Assembly: GCA_963771075.1 (NCBI GenBank)
Contig: CAVYSE010000020.1
Coordinates: forward strand, 32,001-96,000
DNA from: a candidate division FCPU426 bacterium
GTDB lineage: Bacteria; Oederibacteriota; Muellerivitia; Muellerivitales; Muellerivitaceae
Direction of reading: 5' to 3'
Length of the DNA: 64,000 nucleotides
The notes under the pieces were generated by a model. It saw nothing but the letters and a program-made list of their open reading frames with translations. It searched no databases and was not told the DNA's origin. Within the stretch, counting starts at the first letter, position 1; each line of letters begins with the position of its first letter. The position numbers were made by a program, and so were the translations under genes. Of this stretch, positions 50,034 through 59,276 are shown in pieces.

Positions 50034-52685
50034 ATGGAAAACCAACCCGAAAACCAATTGCCAAGCGCCTATAACCCCAAAGAAGTGGAAGACCGCTGGT
50101 ATCAGGTATGGGAAAAATCCGGGGACTTTACCGCTGATGCTTCCTCCCTCAAGCCGCACTTCACCATGGTCATTCCCCCGCCGAACGTGACGGGAAGCCT
50201 GCACATGGGCCATGCCCTCAACAATAGCCTTCAAGACCTGGTGGCCCGGTACCGCCGAATGAACGGGTTCGATGTTCTTTGGCTTCCGGGCTGCGACCAC
50301 GCCGGGATCGCCACCCAAAACGTGGTTGAGAAGGAACTGAAAAAAGAGGGCAAGAACCGCAATGACCTGGGCCGGGAAGCCTTTGTGGAACGAACCTGGA
50401 AATGGAAAGAGCAATATGGCGCCACCATTATGCGTCAATTGCGCAAACTGGGTTCTTCCTGCGATTGGAGCCGAGAACGCTTCACGATGGATGAAGGTCT
50501 GTCCAAGGCGGTGCGCCAGGTTTTTGTGACACTCTACAATGAGAAATTGATCCAACAGGATTACTACCTCATCAACTGGTGCCCCCGTTGCCAAACCGCC
50601 CTTTCGGACATCGAGGTGGAACACAAGACACTGGAAGGCGCCTTTTTCCACCTGCGTTACCCCTTCGCGGATGATCCCTCAAATGGACTGGAAGTGGCCA
50701 CAACTAGGCCGGAGACGCTTCTAGGGGACACGGCTGTGGCCGTGCACCCTGAGGATGATCGGTATACGAAACTGGGGGGGAAAAGCGTGATCTTGCCGCT
50801 TTTAAACCGCCCCATCCCCATTGTGGTCGATACCTATGTGGACCGCGCCTTTGGGACGGGCGTTGTGAAGATCACCCCGGCCCACGACTTCAATGATTTC
50901 CAGGTGGGGAACCGCCACAAGCTGGAGCGAATTAACATTCTCAACCCCGACGGGACCCTAAACGAGAACGCGGGGCCTTATAAGGGCATGGACCGTTTCG
51001 AAGCCCGCAAGAAAATCGTGGCCGACCTGGAAGCCCAGGGACTTTTGCTAAAAGTGGAACCCCATGAGCATAACGTGGGCCATTGCTACCGTTGCCAGAC
51101 GGTAGTGGAGCCTTATTTCTCCAAACAATGGTTCATGCGGATGAAGCCCTTGGCGGAGGTAGCTCTTAAGGCGGTAGAAGAAGGGAAAACGAAATTCGTA
51201 CCCGAGATGTGGCGAACGGAATATGAACGTTGGTTGGGCGGCATCCAGGATTGGTGCATCAGCCGGCAGATATGGTGGGGGCACCGCATTCCTGTTTACA
51301 CCTGCGAGAATTGTAATCACCAATTCGCATCGGTTGAGACTCCGACGGCCTGTCCTCAATGTTCCCAAACGAAGTTGGCGCAGGATCCGGATGTTTTGGA
51401 TACCTGGTTTTCCTCCGGCCTTTGGCCCTTTTCCACCCTGGGTTGGCCTGAAAATGCCAAGGACCTGGCCACTTTCTATCCGACCAACCTTTTAGTTACG
51501 AGCTGGGACATCCTTACGTTTTGGGTATCCCGGATGATGATGTTGGGATTGAAATTCATGGGCCAGGTCCCTTTTAAAGAAGTCTACATCCACTCCCTCG
51601 TGGCCGATGAGGAGGGAAAGAAGATGAGCAAATCCAAGGGCAATGTGGTGGATCCCCTGCTCATGATCGAAAAATACGGCACCGACGCCCTGCGATTCAC
51701 CATGATGAGCATTGAGACCCGCCAGCGATATGTGGCATTGACTCCGCAGAGGCTTGAATCTTCCCGCAATTTCGTGAACAAGCTCTACAACGCCACGCGG
51801 TTTGTGTTGATGACTCTGCCCAAGGACCAGCCCGCGCCGACCATAGATTTGAAGAACCTGGCGTTGGAAGACAGATGGATTCTCTCCCGCCTTTCCCAAA
51901 CCATCGCCGAAGTTACCATGGATTACGAGAAATACCGGGTGGCGGAGTTGGCCCAGATCCTTTACCGCTTTTTATGGAACGAAGTCTGCGATTGGTACTT
52001 AGAGGCGGTTAAACACCGTCTATATAACGAGGCGGACCCGGCTGAAAGGGACCGGGCCCAGGGCGTGCTGGTGTCCGTTCTGGACGCTGTGCTGAGGCTT
52101 TTGCATCCGGCCATGCCCTTTGTAACGGAAGAACTTTGGTCCCGCCTTCCAGGCAAAACCCAATCCATCATGAAGGCTCCCTGGCCGAAACCGGGGGACT
52201 ATCCGGTCGATGAGAACGCCATATTGCGATTTGAGTTTTTGAAGGAAGTGGTGACGGCGGTGAGAACCAGCCGAAGCGAGCTGAATATTCCCCCGGCAGG
52301 CCACTTGAAAATTTTCATGAAGGGAGACAAGCTTCAATTCGCCCCCCATTCGCCCGAAACCGCCCTGTTAAAGGCTTTGGCCCGGGTTTCAGAAACCGTT
52401 CCGGCGGCCGAACGCCCGCCTAAAACCGCCCTGGCGGTGGTGAAGGGCGGGGAAATTTACCTGCACCTGGAGGGTCTGATCGACCTGAAGGCGGAGGCGG
52501 CCAAACAGCAGAAGGAACGGGTGAAACTTCAAAACTATGTGAAGTCTATCGAGGGAAAACTCTCCAATGACCAGTTTGTTCGAAACGCCCCCACCCAGTT
52601 GGTCGAGGGCGAAAAGGCCAAACTAATGGAAACCCAGGAAAAAATCGCCCGCATCGAGGGCAACCTGAATTTCCTCGAGAATTGA
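50034..52685 (+). CDS. valS: Valine--tRNA ligase
   Basis: PPPNVTGSLHMGH, DWCISRQIWWGH, KMSKS, C-terminal coiled coil. Confidence 0.98.
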   Translation: MENQPENQLPSAYNPKEVEDRWYQVWEKSGDFTADASSLKPHFTMVIPPPNVTGSLHMGHALNNSLQDLVARYRRMNGFDVLWLPGCDHAGIATQNVVEKELKKEGKNRNDLGREAFVERTWKWKEQYGATIMRQLRKLGSSCDWSRERFTMDEGLSKAVRQVFVTLYNEKLIQQDYYLINWCPRCQTALSDIEVEHKTLEGAFFHLRYPFADDPSNGLEVATTRPETLLGDTAVAVHPEDDRYTKLGGKSVILPLLNRPIPIVVDTYVDRAFGTGVVKITPAHDFNDFQVGNRHKLERINILNPDGTLNENAGPYKGMDRFEARKKIVADLEAQGLLLKVEPHEHNVGHCYRCQTVVEPYFSKQWFMRMKPLAEVALKAVEEGKTKFVPEMWRTEYERWLGGIQDWCISRQIWWGHRIPVYTCENCNHQFASVETPTACPQCSQTKLAQDPDVLDTWFSSGLWPFSTLGWPENAKDLATFYPTNLLVTSWDILTFWVSRMMMLGLKFMGQVPFKEVYIHSLVADEEGKKMSKSKGNVVDPLLMIEKYGTDALRFTMMSIETRQRYVALTPQRLESSRNFVNKLYNATRFVLMTLPKDQPAPTIDLKNLALEDRWILSRLSQTIAEVTMDYEKYRVAELAQILYRFLWNEVCDWYLEAVKHRLYNEADPAERDRAQGVLVSVLDAVLRLLHPAMPFVTEELWSRLPGKTQSIMKAPWPKPGDYPVDENAILRFEFLKEVVTAVRTSRSELNIPPAGHLKIFMKGDKLQFAPHSPETALLKALARVSETVPAAERPPKTALAVVKGGEIYLHLEGLIDLKAEAAKQQKERVKLQNYVKSIEGKLSNDQFVRNAPTQLVEGEKAKLMETQEKIARIEGNLNFLEN

Positions 52686-52692
52686 GCCCGCG

Positions 52693-53544
52693 TTGAAACC
52701 CAACATCACCTGGAATCAAGTTCGTCCGCTCCTTCGCCAGGCTCTGGAGGAAGACGGAGCCTTTGCCGACCGAACCACTTTTTCCACCGTACCAGCAAAT
52801 GTGAAGTCCCGGGGGAAAATTCTTGCCAAGCAGGACGGCGTCCTGGCGGGATTGCCCATCGTCGAAGCGATTTTCAAACTAGTTGATAAGAATTGCCGGG
52901 TCGTCTTTCGGGTGAAAGAGGGCGCCAAGGTGCGATCCGGAGCAAGGATATTGACCTTTTCCGGCCCGGCTCGGGCCTTTCTATCGGGTGAACGGACCGC
53001 TCTTAACTTCTTAAGCCGCCTTTCGGGTATCGCCACGCTGACCCGGCAAATGCGAAATTTGATAGGAACCGACAAGCTTTATGATACACGCAAGACGACG
53101 CCCTTGTTGCGGCCCCTGGAGCGCTACGCGGTAAGGGTGGGCGGGGGTCGAAATCACCGGTATAACCTACGGGGCCACGTCTTGGTTAAGGACAACCATA
53201 TCAAGCTTGGCGGCGGGGTTTACCAATGTGTCATGAACGCCCGGAAGAAATACGGGCCGAAGGAATTCATCGAGGCGGAAGTGGAAACTTTTGAAGAAGC
53301 CGCAGATGCCCTTCGGGCGGGCGCGGACCTGTTGCTGGTGGATAATTCTTCGCCGACCCTGGTGAAGAGGGTCCTGAAGCTGGTGAAGGGGAAGGCCCAA
53401 GTGGAAATTTCCGGCGGGCTCACCCGCTCGACCATTACCCGGTTCAAGGGTCTGAAGGTGGACCGTTTTTCCTCGGGCGCACTGACCCATTCGGCTCCTT
53501 CCATTGATTTTTCACTTGAAATGGAAAACTTTGAACAATTCTAA
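52693..53544 (+). CDS. nadC: Nicotinate-nucleotide diphosphorylase (carboxylating)
   Basis: ERTALNFL, DTRKTTP, NHR, VKDNH, EVE. Confidence 0.95.
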   Translation: MKPNITWNQVRPLLRQALEEDGAFADRTTFSTVPANVKSRGKILAKQDGVLAGLPIVEAIFKLVDKNCRVVFRVKEGAKVRSGARILTFSGPARAFLSGERTALNFLSRLSGIATLTRQMRNLIGTDKLYDTRKTTPLLRPLERYAVRVGGGRNHRYNLRGHVLVKDNHIKLGGGVYQCVMNARKKYGPKEFIEAEVETFEEAADALRAGADLLLVDNSSPTLVKRVLKLVKGKAQVEISGGLTRSTITRFKGLKVDRFSSGALTHSAPSIDFSLEMENFEQF

Positions 53545-54388
53545 AAACTACCCAAAGGCCCTGACGCCTGAAACCTTGCGCAAAGGACTCTCCACCCGTT
53601 TTTTCGGCAAACCTTTCTATTGTTTTAATGAGCTGACTTCAACCAATGATCTGGCCTCCGAGTTGGCCCGGGGCGGAGCTTCCGAGGGAACGACGATCCT
53701 GGCGGAAATCCAAACCAAGGGGAGAGGCCGGCATGGGCGCAAATGGGTATCCCAACCCGGCAAATCCCTGACCTTTTCGATCGTCTTGAGACCCACCCTT
53801 TCCCAGGATCGTTTCGGTGAATTGACCCTAACTGCCGCCGTGGGAGTGGCGAGGGCACTGGAAAAATTCGGATTCCACCCCGCCATCAAATGGCCCAATG
53901 ATGTACTCCTGTCCGGACGCAAGGTCTGTGGCATTTTGACCGAAACCGGCCCTAAAAAAGATAAAATGACATCGGCGATCTTGGGTATCGGCTTGAATCT
54001 TTCCCAGGTCCTGAAGAATTTCCCTCTTGAATTAAGGGAAACCGCGACTAGTTTGAGAATGCAAACGAAAGGAAAGATTCCGCCCCGGGAAGTGCTTCTG
54101 CAACAAATCATGCATCAGTTGGAGGAGTCTTACGAGTGGGTCAAGGAAGGGAAATTCCACCGGGTGTTAACGGAATGGCGGAAACGGTCAAGCCTTACCG
54201 GTAAACAAGTGCGGGTCGTTTTAAGTGGCCGGTCCATCTATGCCCAGGTGTTGGACGTGGACGAGCGGGGGGCCTTATTGGTGCGCACCGATGTGGGCAC
54301 AGTGGAAAAATTGACGGCAGGGGAAGTGGAGACCTTACGGTTGAAACCCTCCGGACCCGTCGCGCGAATGAAAAGCAAGGAATCCTAA
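53531..54388 (+). CDS. birA: Biotin--[acetyl-CoA-carboxylase] ligase
   Basis: STND, QTKGRGR, KWPND, KVCGIL; start uncertain (53504-53531). Confidence 0.93.
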   Translation: MNNSKNYPKALTPETLRKGLSTRFFGKPFYCFNELTSTNDLASELARGGASEGTTILAEIQTKGRGRHGRKWVSQPGKSLTFSIVLRPTLSQDRFGELTLTAAVGVARALEKFGFHPAIKWPNDVLLSGRKVCGILTETGPKKDKMTSAILGIGLNLSQVLKNFPLELRETATSLRMQTKGKIPPREVLLQQIMHQLEESYEWVKEGKFHRVLTEWRKRSSLTGKQVRVVLSGRSIYAQVLDVDERGALLVRTDVGTVEKLTAGEVETLRLKPSGPVARMKSKES

Positions 54389-55141
54389 ATGCTTAGCGCC
54401 GTTGACATCGGCAATAGCCGGGTTGTCACAGGATTGGTAAGGGGCCGAAAGGTCCATCATAAGATCATTCTACCGACCCGGGACCTGCTGATCCCGGGCA
54501 AGGCCCATCGTTGGGCCCAGAGCCTCAAAAGGGCTTGGGGATGGCAGGATTCGGTCGTTTCCAGTGTGGTACCCAGTGTCGACGAAAACGTACGGAAAGC
54601 CCTTACTGAAACATTCCGAAAACCGCCTCTCTTTGTGGACGTTCGGAGAGATCCGGGGCTGCCAGTGCATTATAAAAATCCTTCCGAAATCGGGGCTGAC
54701 CGGGTGATCAACGGTCTCGCCGCGAGGAAACTCTATGGGGCTCCCGTCATCGTGGTGGATTATGGCACGGCCACCACTTTCGACATCGTTGACAGCCGGG
54801 GGGGGTACCATGGGGGGGTGATCCTTCCTGGAGTGGGTATATCCCTCCAAGCCTTGCATGAAAAAACGGCCAAACTCCCCTTGGTTCCCTTTGCAAAAGT
54901 CAAAAATCCCATTGGGTTGACCACACAGGAAGGCATTCGTTCCGGGATCTATTTTGGAACCCTTGGCGCGACCCGTGAAATACTGCGGGGTATCCGCAAG
55001 CAATTGCGGCGACAGGCTCCCGCCGTGGCTACCGGTGGATGGTGCGAGGTGTTTCGTGGGACAAGCCTTTTCCGGCGTATCAACCCGGACCTGACGCTGA
55101 TTGGCCTCTCTCTTTATTGGAATGAACGGAACCATGGCTAA
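54389..55141 (+). CDS. coaX: Type III pantothenate kinase
   Basis: DIGNS, SSVVP, IGADR, VDYGTATTFD, GG.I.PG, ATGG. Confidence 0.95.
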   Translation: MLSAVDIGNSRVVTGLVRGRKVHHKIILPTRDLLIPGKAHRWAQSLKRAWGWQDSVVSSVVPSVDENVRKALTETFRKPPLFVDVRRDPGLPVHYKNPSEIGADRVINGLAARKLYGAPVIVVDYGTATTFDIVDSRGGYHGGVILPGVGISLQALHEKTAKLPLVPFAKVKNPIGLTTQEGIRSGIYFGTLGATREILRGIRKQLRRQAPAVATGGWCEVFRGTSLFRRINPDLTLIGLSLYWNERNHG

Positions 55142-57491
55142 TATCGAACAACTGGCCGCCGAGGAAGAAGCCATTTTCAACATGCGGCGCAGGGAATGGA
55201 CTAGGCGTTTTTTTATCTTTTTTGGATTTGGCGCCTTTTTCGCGGGCTGGGGCCTTTTCGCCGCGGGACGACAGGGCCCAGGTGCGCTGGTGATTCTCCT
55301 CTCGTTCCTGGTTTTTGGCGGCCTCCTTGGGTTATTCGGCCTATGGGGTAAGACGAACGCCTACACACTCCTGGCGGCGCTGTCGGCGGGGTCTGCGGCA
55401 TTTCTGCTTTATCATTTCAGCCATTGTCCTTTTTTCTTTTGGGGGGCGGACCCGAACTTTTGGCTTTCCGTACACGCGGGAGCGGTCACCGATCCGCCCT
55501 GGACTCCCTTGGCCACCCTATTGGGTCAAGCGGCGTGTTATTTGTTTCCCCGTTACCGCTTCAGCCTTCTTCCCGAGCTTTCCTCCATCATGATGGCATT
55601 GGCGGTCATGATGACGCTGTTACAGTTATTCCAACAGCTTCGCAACCAGAACCTTTTAAACGGGCTGGTGGTGTTTTTGCTGACCCTGGTTTTGGCGGTG
55701 AGCAAACCCTGGTGGGACGCGGCCACATTGGGGTCGGGCTTGATTGTATCCCTTGGACTATCCTTGGCCATCTTACAGAGGGGCCTTTTGCGCATGGAGG
55801 AAAAACCATGGGGAGCGTTGCACATGATACTGGGGTTACTTTTTTCCACCCATCCCCTTTGGGGTATATGGGGGGCCTTTGTCCATATCACCCATTTGGA
55901 GACGGCCAACCCCCGTTTTTCCACCACCATCCCACCCTTGACGGCAGGTTTTTCCCCTTACCTATGGGTCCTGTTCCGCACGGGAAAGTATTTTCCTTCC
56001 TGGGGGGGTAATGATCCATTCGGCCAATCCCTCAGGGACTGGCGCAAGATATGGGATCATCATTTTTTAACTGATTGGAACGGGAGGGAGGCCCTTTCCC
56101 AATTGGGGGGAACGGTTGGAGTTCTTTTCCTAATGATGGTTTTCCTCTGGATTTTACATTTCATCGCTTGGACTTCGGGAAGAAGACTTACAACCAGCCC
56201 CGCCGAAGCTTGGTCCCTCGTTCTGGCCTGCGGTTTGGGAATTTTATTTTTCACCCTTTCAGGTCATCAAACCGCATGCCTTGCCGCCTGGGTACCACTG
56301 GGCCTGGGTTCCATGATCCTGACCTACTCCCAAAAAGGTTTGGAAAAAACAACCTCGAGTCTTTTTTCCGGGGGATTCCTAGCGGCGTTGATGGGCGCAT
56401 TGTTCTTGCTGGCGGGCATGATCGCTTTCGGTCAGGGCCAGAATTGCTGGAGACAAAAAAAAGATTTTCCCCTTCAACACGCTTTTAACCTGCTTCGATC
56501 TCTGGAGCAAAGGACGACATTTTTCCTGGAGGACCCCTTCGAGGCGGCCGCCTGCCGGGAAGCCATGCTCATGGAACCCCTTCGTACGCAAGTGGTTTTG
56601 CTGGATGTGAAAGATTTGGACCAACGTTGGTATGCCTCCCAGTGTTTTCAACAGGTTCCGGAACTTCTTTGGTCCTCCCTTTCCTCCTCTCCCTGGGAGG
56701 AGTTGGTTAGCCTCGTCAAGGCCAACTCGGGGGATTGGAGCCTACAGTGGGGACTTTCCCAGATGCCGGTTTCTTGGAGTGGACCCCCCGCCGAACCAAC
56801 AGTCCTCACCCTGCAATTTAAGGGAAATGGAAGCAAAGGAATACAGCCGGAAGAAGCCCAATACCGTCTGGATCTATCCTCCCTGCCCCATGAAGGCGCG
56901 GTGGAACCCCAGGAGGAACCTTATCTACAAAGATACGTCCAGGGTTTTGAGGCCCTGGGCCGATATCTTTTATCTCAAAACCGGTTTTCATTATCGATCA
57001 AGGCATTGGAACGCGCGGCCAATTTGGACCCAAGCTGGGATGAACCCCGTATCCTCCTGAGCCAAATCTACTCCCAAGACAACGTGTTGGAAGCAGCTCG
57101 GTTGGAAATGGAAAAAACCGTGAAAGATCATCCCGCACGGATTCGGATTCTCATGGCGAAGGTGGAGGAAGCACAGAAAAAGGCGGATGAGCCAAAAACT
57201 GTGGCTTTGTTGGATGAAATGATCCACCTCAACTCTGAGTTGTCCGATGCCGAGTACCATTTGTCCCTCATCTACGATAAATTGGGCTATCCGGAAAAGG
57301 CCAAGAACCTTTTAGAAGCCTCAGTTCAACTGAATCCGCAAAAGGTGGATGCCCAGTTGAGTTACGGGAAATGGATGGCCAAACTCGGCAATAGATTGAA
57401 TGCCGAAGAAGCTTTCCGCTCCGTCCTTGCGGTGGACCCGGTCAACAAGGAAGCACAGGTGGAATTGTGGAAGCTCCTGAACCAGCCATAG
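55134..57491 (+). CDS. Multi-pass membrane protein, degenerate DUF2723-like, with C-terminal TPRs
   Basis: Many TM segments; DPPWTPL aligns with HPPGYPL and GFSPYL...P.WG is shared with the next gene; TPR tail. Confidence 0.6.
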   Translation: MANIEQLAAEEEAIFNMRRREWTRRFFIFFGFGAFFAGWGLFAAGRQGPGALVILLSFLVFGGLLGLFGLWGKTNAYTLLAALSAGSAAFLLYHFSHCPFFFWGADPNFWLSVHAGAVTDPPWTPLATLLGQAACYLFPRYRFSLLPELSSIMMALAVMMTLLQLFQQLRNQNLLNGLVVFLLTLVLAVSKPWWDAATLGSGLIVSLGLSLAILQRGLLRMEEKPWGALHMILGLLFSTHPLWGIWGAFVHITHLETANPRFSTTIPPLTAGFSPYLWVLFRTGKYFPSWGGNDPFGQSLRDWRKIWDHHFLTDWNGREALSQLGGTVGVLFLMMVFLWILHFIAWTSGRRLTTSPAEAWSLVLACGLGILFFTLSGHQTACLAAWVPLGLGSMILTYSQKGLEKTTSSLFSGGFLAALMGALFLLAGMIAFGQGQNCWRQKKDFPLQHAFNLLRSLEQRTTFFLEDPFEAAACREAMLMEPLRTQVVLLDVKDLDQRWYASQCFQQVPELLWSSLSSSPWEELVSLVKANSGDWSLQWGLSQMPVSWSGPPAEPTVLTLQFKGNGSKGIQPEEAQYRLDLSSLPHEGAVEPQEEPYLQRYVQGFEALGRYLLSQNRFSLSIKALERAANLDPSWDEPRILLSQIYSQDNVLEAARLEMEKTVKDHPARIRILMAKVEEAQKKADEPKTVALLDEMIHLNSELSDAEYHLSLIYDKLGYPEKAKNLLEASVQLNPQKVDAQLSYGKWMAKLGNRLNAEEAFRSVLAVDPVNKEAQVELWKLLNQP

Positions 57492-59203
57492 GGAAACCCC
57501 GCTATTGCGCCCCGAACCGACCGAGGGGTCAGGGTTGGTTGATCTTTGGCGCATTGTTTCTCATTCTATGGTTTTTCGTCTTACGCCTTCAAAACCCTGG
57601 GATCATGACCGATGACAGCGGGGAATTTTCGGCGGCCAGCTGTCAATTGGGCCTTCCCCATCCCCCCGGCTATCCTCTTTTGTGCCTTCTTGACAGGATT
57701 TTCACCCTACTTCCCATCGGCACCCCCGCATTTCGCCTCAACCTGCTTTCCCAGCTTTTTGGCGTTGGCGCTCTTCTCGTTTCCATAAAGCTTTTGCGGA
57801 GGATCTTGCCCCAAACGGAAAGCTCGCCAGGTTTAACGCTTTTTTTAGCTTGGCTAGGCATGGCCTTCTTGGGATGTCGGGATCTTTTGTCCCAAAGCCT
57901 GACTGCAAAGGGCTGTGTCTATACCTTGACCCTTCTGTTTACCGCTTGGTTGCTGATCTTGTACTGGGATCGGATGGCCGTCAAAAGAGGTCTTAGAATG
58001 ATGCTTCCGTTTTTTGTCTGGGCCCTGGGTATGTCGAACCATTGGCAAACCCATCTGGTATGGCTGCCTTTTTTAGGAGTCTGGTTTTATCAAACCCGCG
58101 CCCAATGGGGCATGAAGGAATTGGCGCGGGGTTTCACCATTGCCCTGATCGGGCTCTCCCCTTATCTTTACCTGTCCTTAAGAGGTAACCTCCATCCCCT
58201 GCCTTGCTGGGGAGATCCCAACCACTGGAGGGGTTTTAATTGGATCGTCACCCGCAAATTGGTGTCGGGCTTGGAACCGTTCACCCGCGACTTGGATTTT
58301 TATCTTTCCTATTTGAGTCAACTCAAGCTTATTTACACGACCCATTGGTTGCCGGGTTTTGTTTTGGGTGTCCTGCCCGGCGTTTATTTTCTCGGGAAGA
58401 AGGAAAGGGACTGGCTGAGAGGCCTTTTGGTCTTGGGGATCTCAGTGTTCCTCGCGGTTGGCGTGATCCATGAAGAGAATAACACCTTCCTGGTTCCCCT
58501 CTATTTGCTTTCCCTTTCCTCACTGGTTTGGCTCGTGGCGGGTTACGGATGGTGGGTCCTGTTCGGGAGGATCCAAAAAGGAAGAATCGGGATCATCCTT
58601 TTGCTATTGGCTATTCAATCATTTTGGACCGCTAAGGCGATGGGCCTGGAGGATAAAAGCCGATATGCCTTGGCAGGGGATTTCGCCGATAACGTACTCC
58701 TAGGACTCCCGCAAAATGCCGTTTTGATCGGGGAGGGGGATCATTACGTTATGGGCATCTGGGATGCCATCTACGCCCGAGGTGAAAGGCCCGACGTGAC
58801 CTTTGAGCCGGGGGTATTCCTGGTGCACGATTGGGGTTGGCGCCAGATCGCACAGCAAGATAGGGATTGGTCTGCCATAAGCCAATCGCCCCTTTTCCAG
58901 GAAAGATTGGAAACCTTGACGTCCCAACCCCTCCGGCATCCCCTTTACTATTCCCTGGATAACAACAAAATGAGACTCGCCCTGGTTGCAGTGCGGGGCC
59001 GCTGGGTCAGGGAAGGTTTAGCCATGCGGTGGATTGAAATTCAGAAGGGGAAACGCGTGGAACCTTCTTCCGCGCAAACACGTCGGCTTTATTCCCTTCA
59101 AAGATTCAGGTGGAAAGCGGGCGATGAAAATGCCTGGGACCCCTCGTCTCAGGTCATCCTGGCTTATTACCGAGGGGAAGGAAGCAAAAACCCCAAAGAA
59201 TAA
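57467..59203 (+). CDS. DUF2723 / TMEM260-like GT-C protein glycosyltransferase
   Basis: DDSGEF....LGLPHPPGYPL, GLSPYLYL.LR...P..WG.P, GEGD, RPDV. Confidence 0.8.
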   Translation: MEAPEPAIGKPRYCAPNRPRGQGWLIFGALFLILWFFVLRLQNPGIMTDDSGEFSAASCQLGLPHPPGYPLLCLLDRIFTLLPIGTPAFRLNLLSQLFGVGALLVSIKLLRRILPQTESSPGLTLFLAWLGMAFLGCRDLLSQSLTAKGCVYTLTLLFTAWLLILYWDRMAVKRGLRMMLPFFVWALGMSNHWQTHLVWLPFLGVWFYQTRAQWGMKELARGFTIALIGLSPYLYLSLRGNLHPLPCWGDPNHWRGFNWIVTRKLVSGLEPFTRDLDFYLSYLSQLKLIYTTHWLPGFVLGVLPGVYFLGKKERDWLRGLLVLGISVFLAVGVIHEENNTFLVPLYLLSLSSLVWLVAGYGWWVLFGRIQKGRIGIILLLLAIQSFWTAKAMGLEDKSRYALAGDFADNVLLGLPQNAVLIGEGDHYVMGIWDAIYARGERPDVTFEPGVFLVHDWGWRQIAQQDRDWSAISQSPLFQERLETLTSQPLRHPLYYSLDNNKMRLALVAVRGRWVREGLAMRWIEIQKGKRVEPSSAQTRRLYSLQRFRWKAGDENAWDPSSQVILAYYRGEGSKNPKE

Positions 59204-59276
59204 GGGGATTTTCCAAAGCATCTATTGTTATAATAACGATGTTTTTTAGGCCATTTAAACGATTCCGGGAGATGGA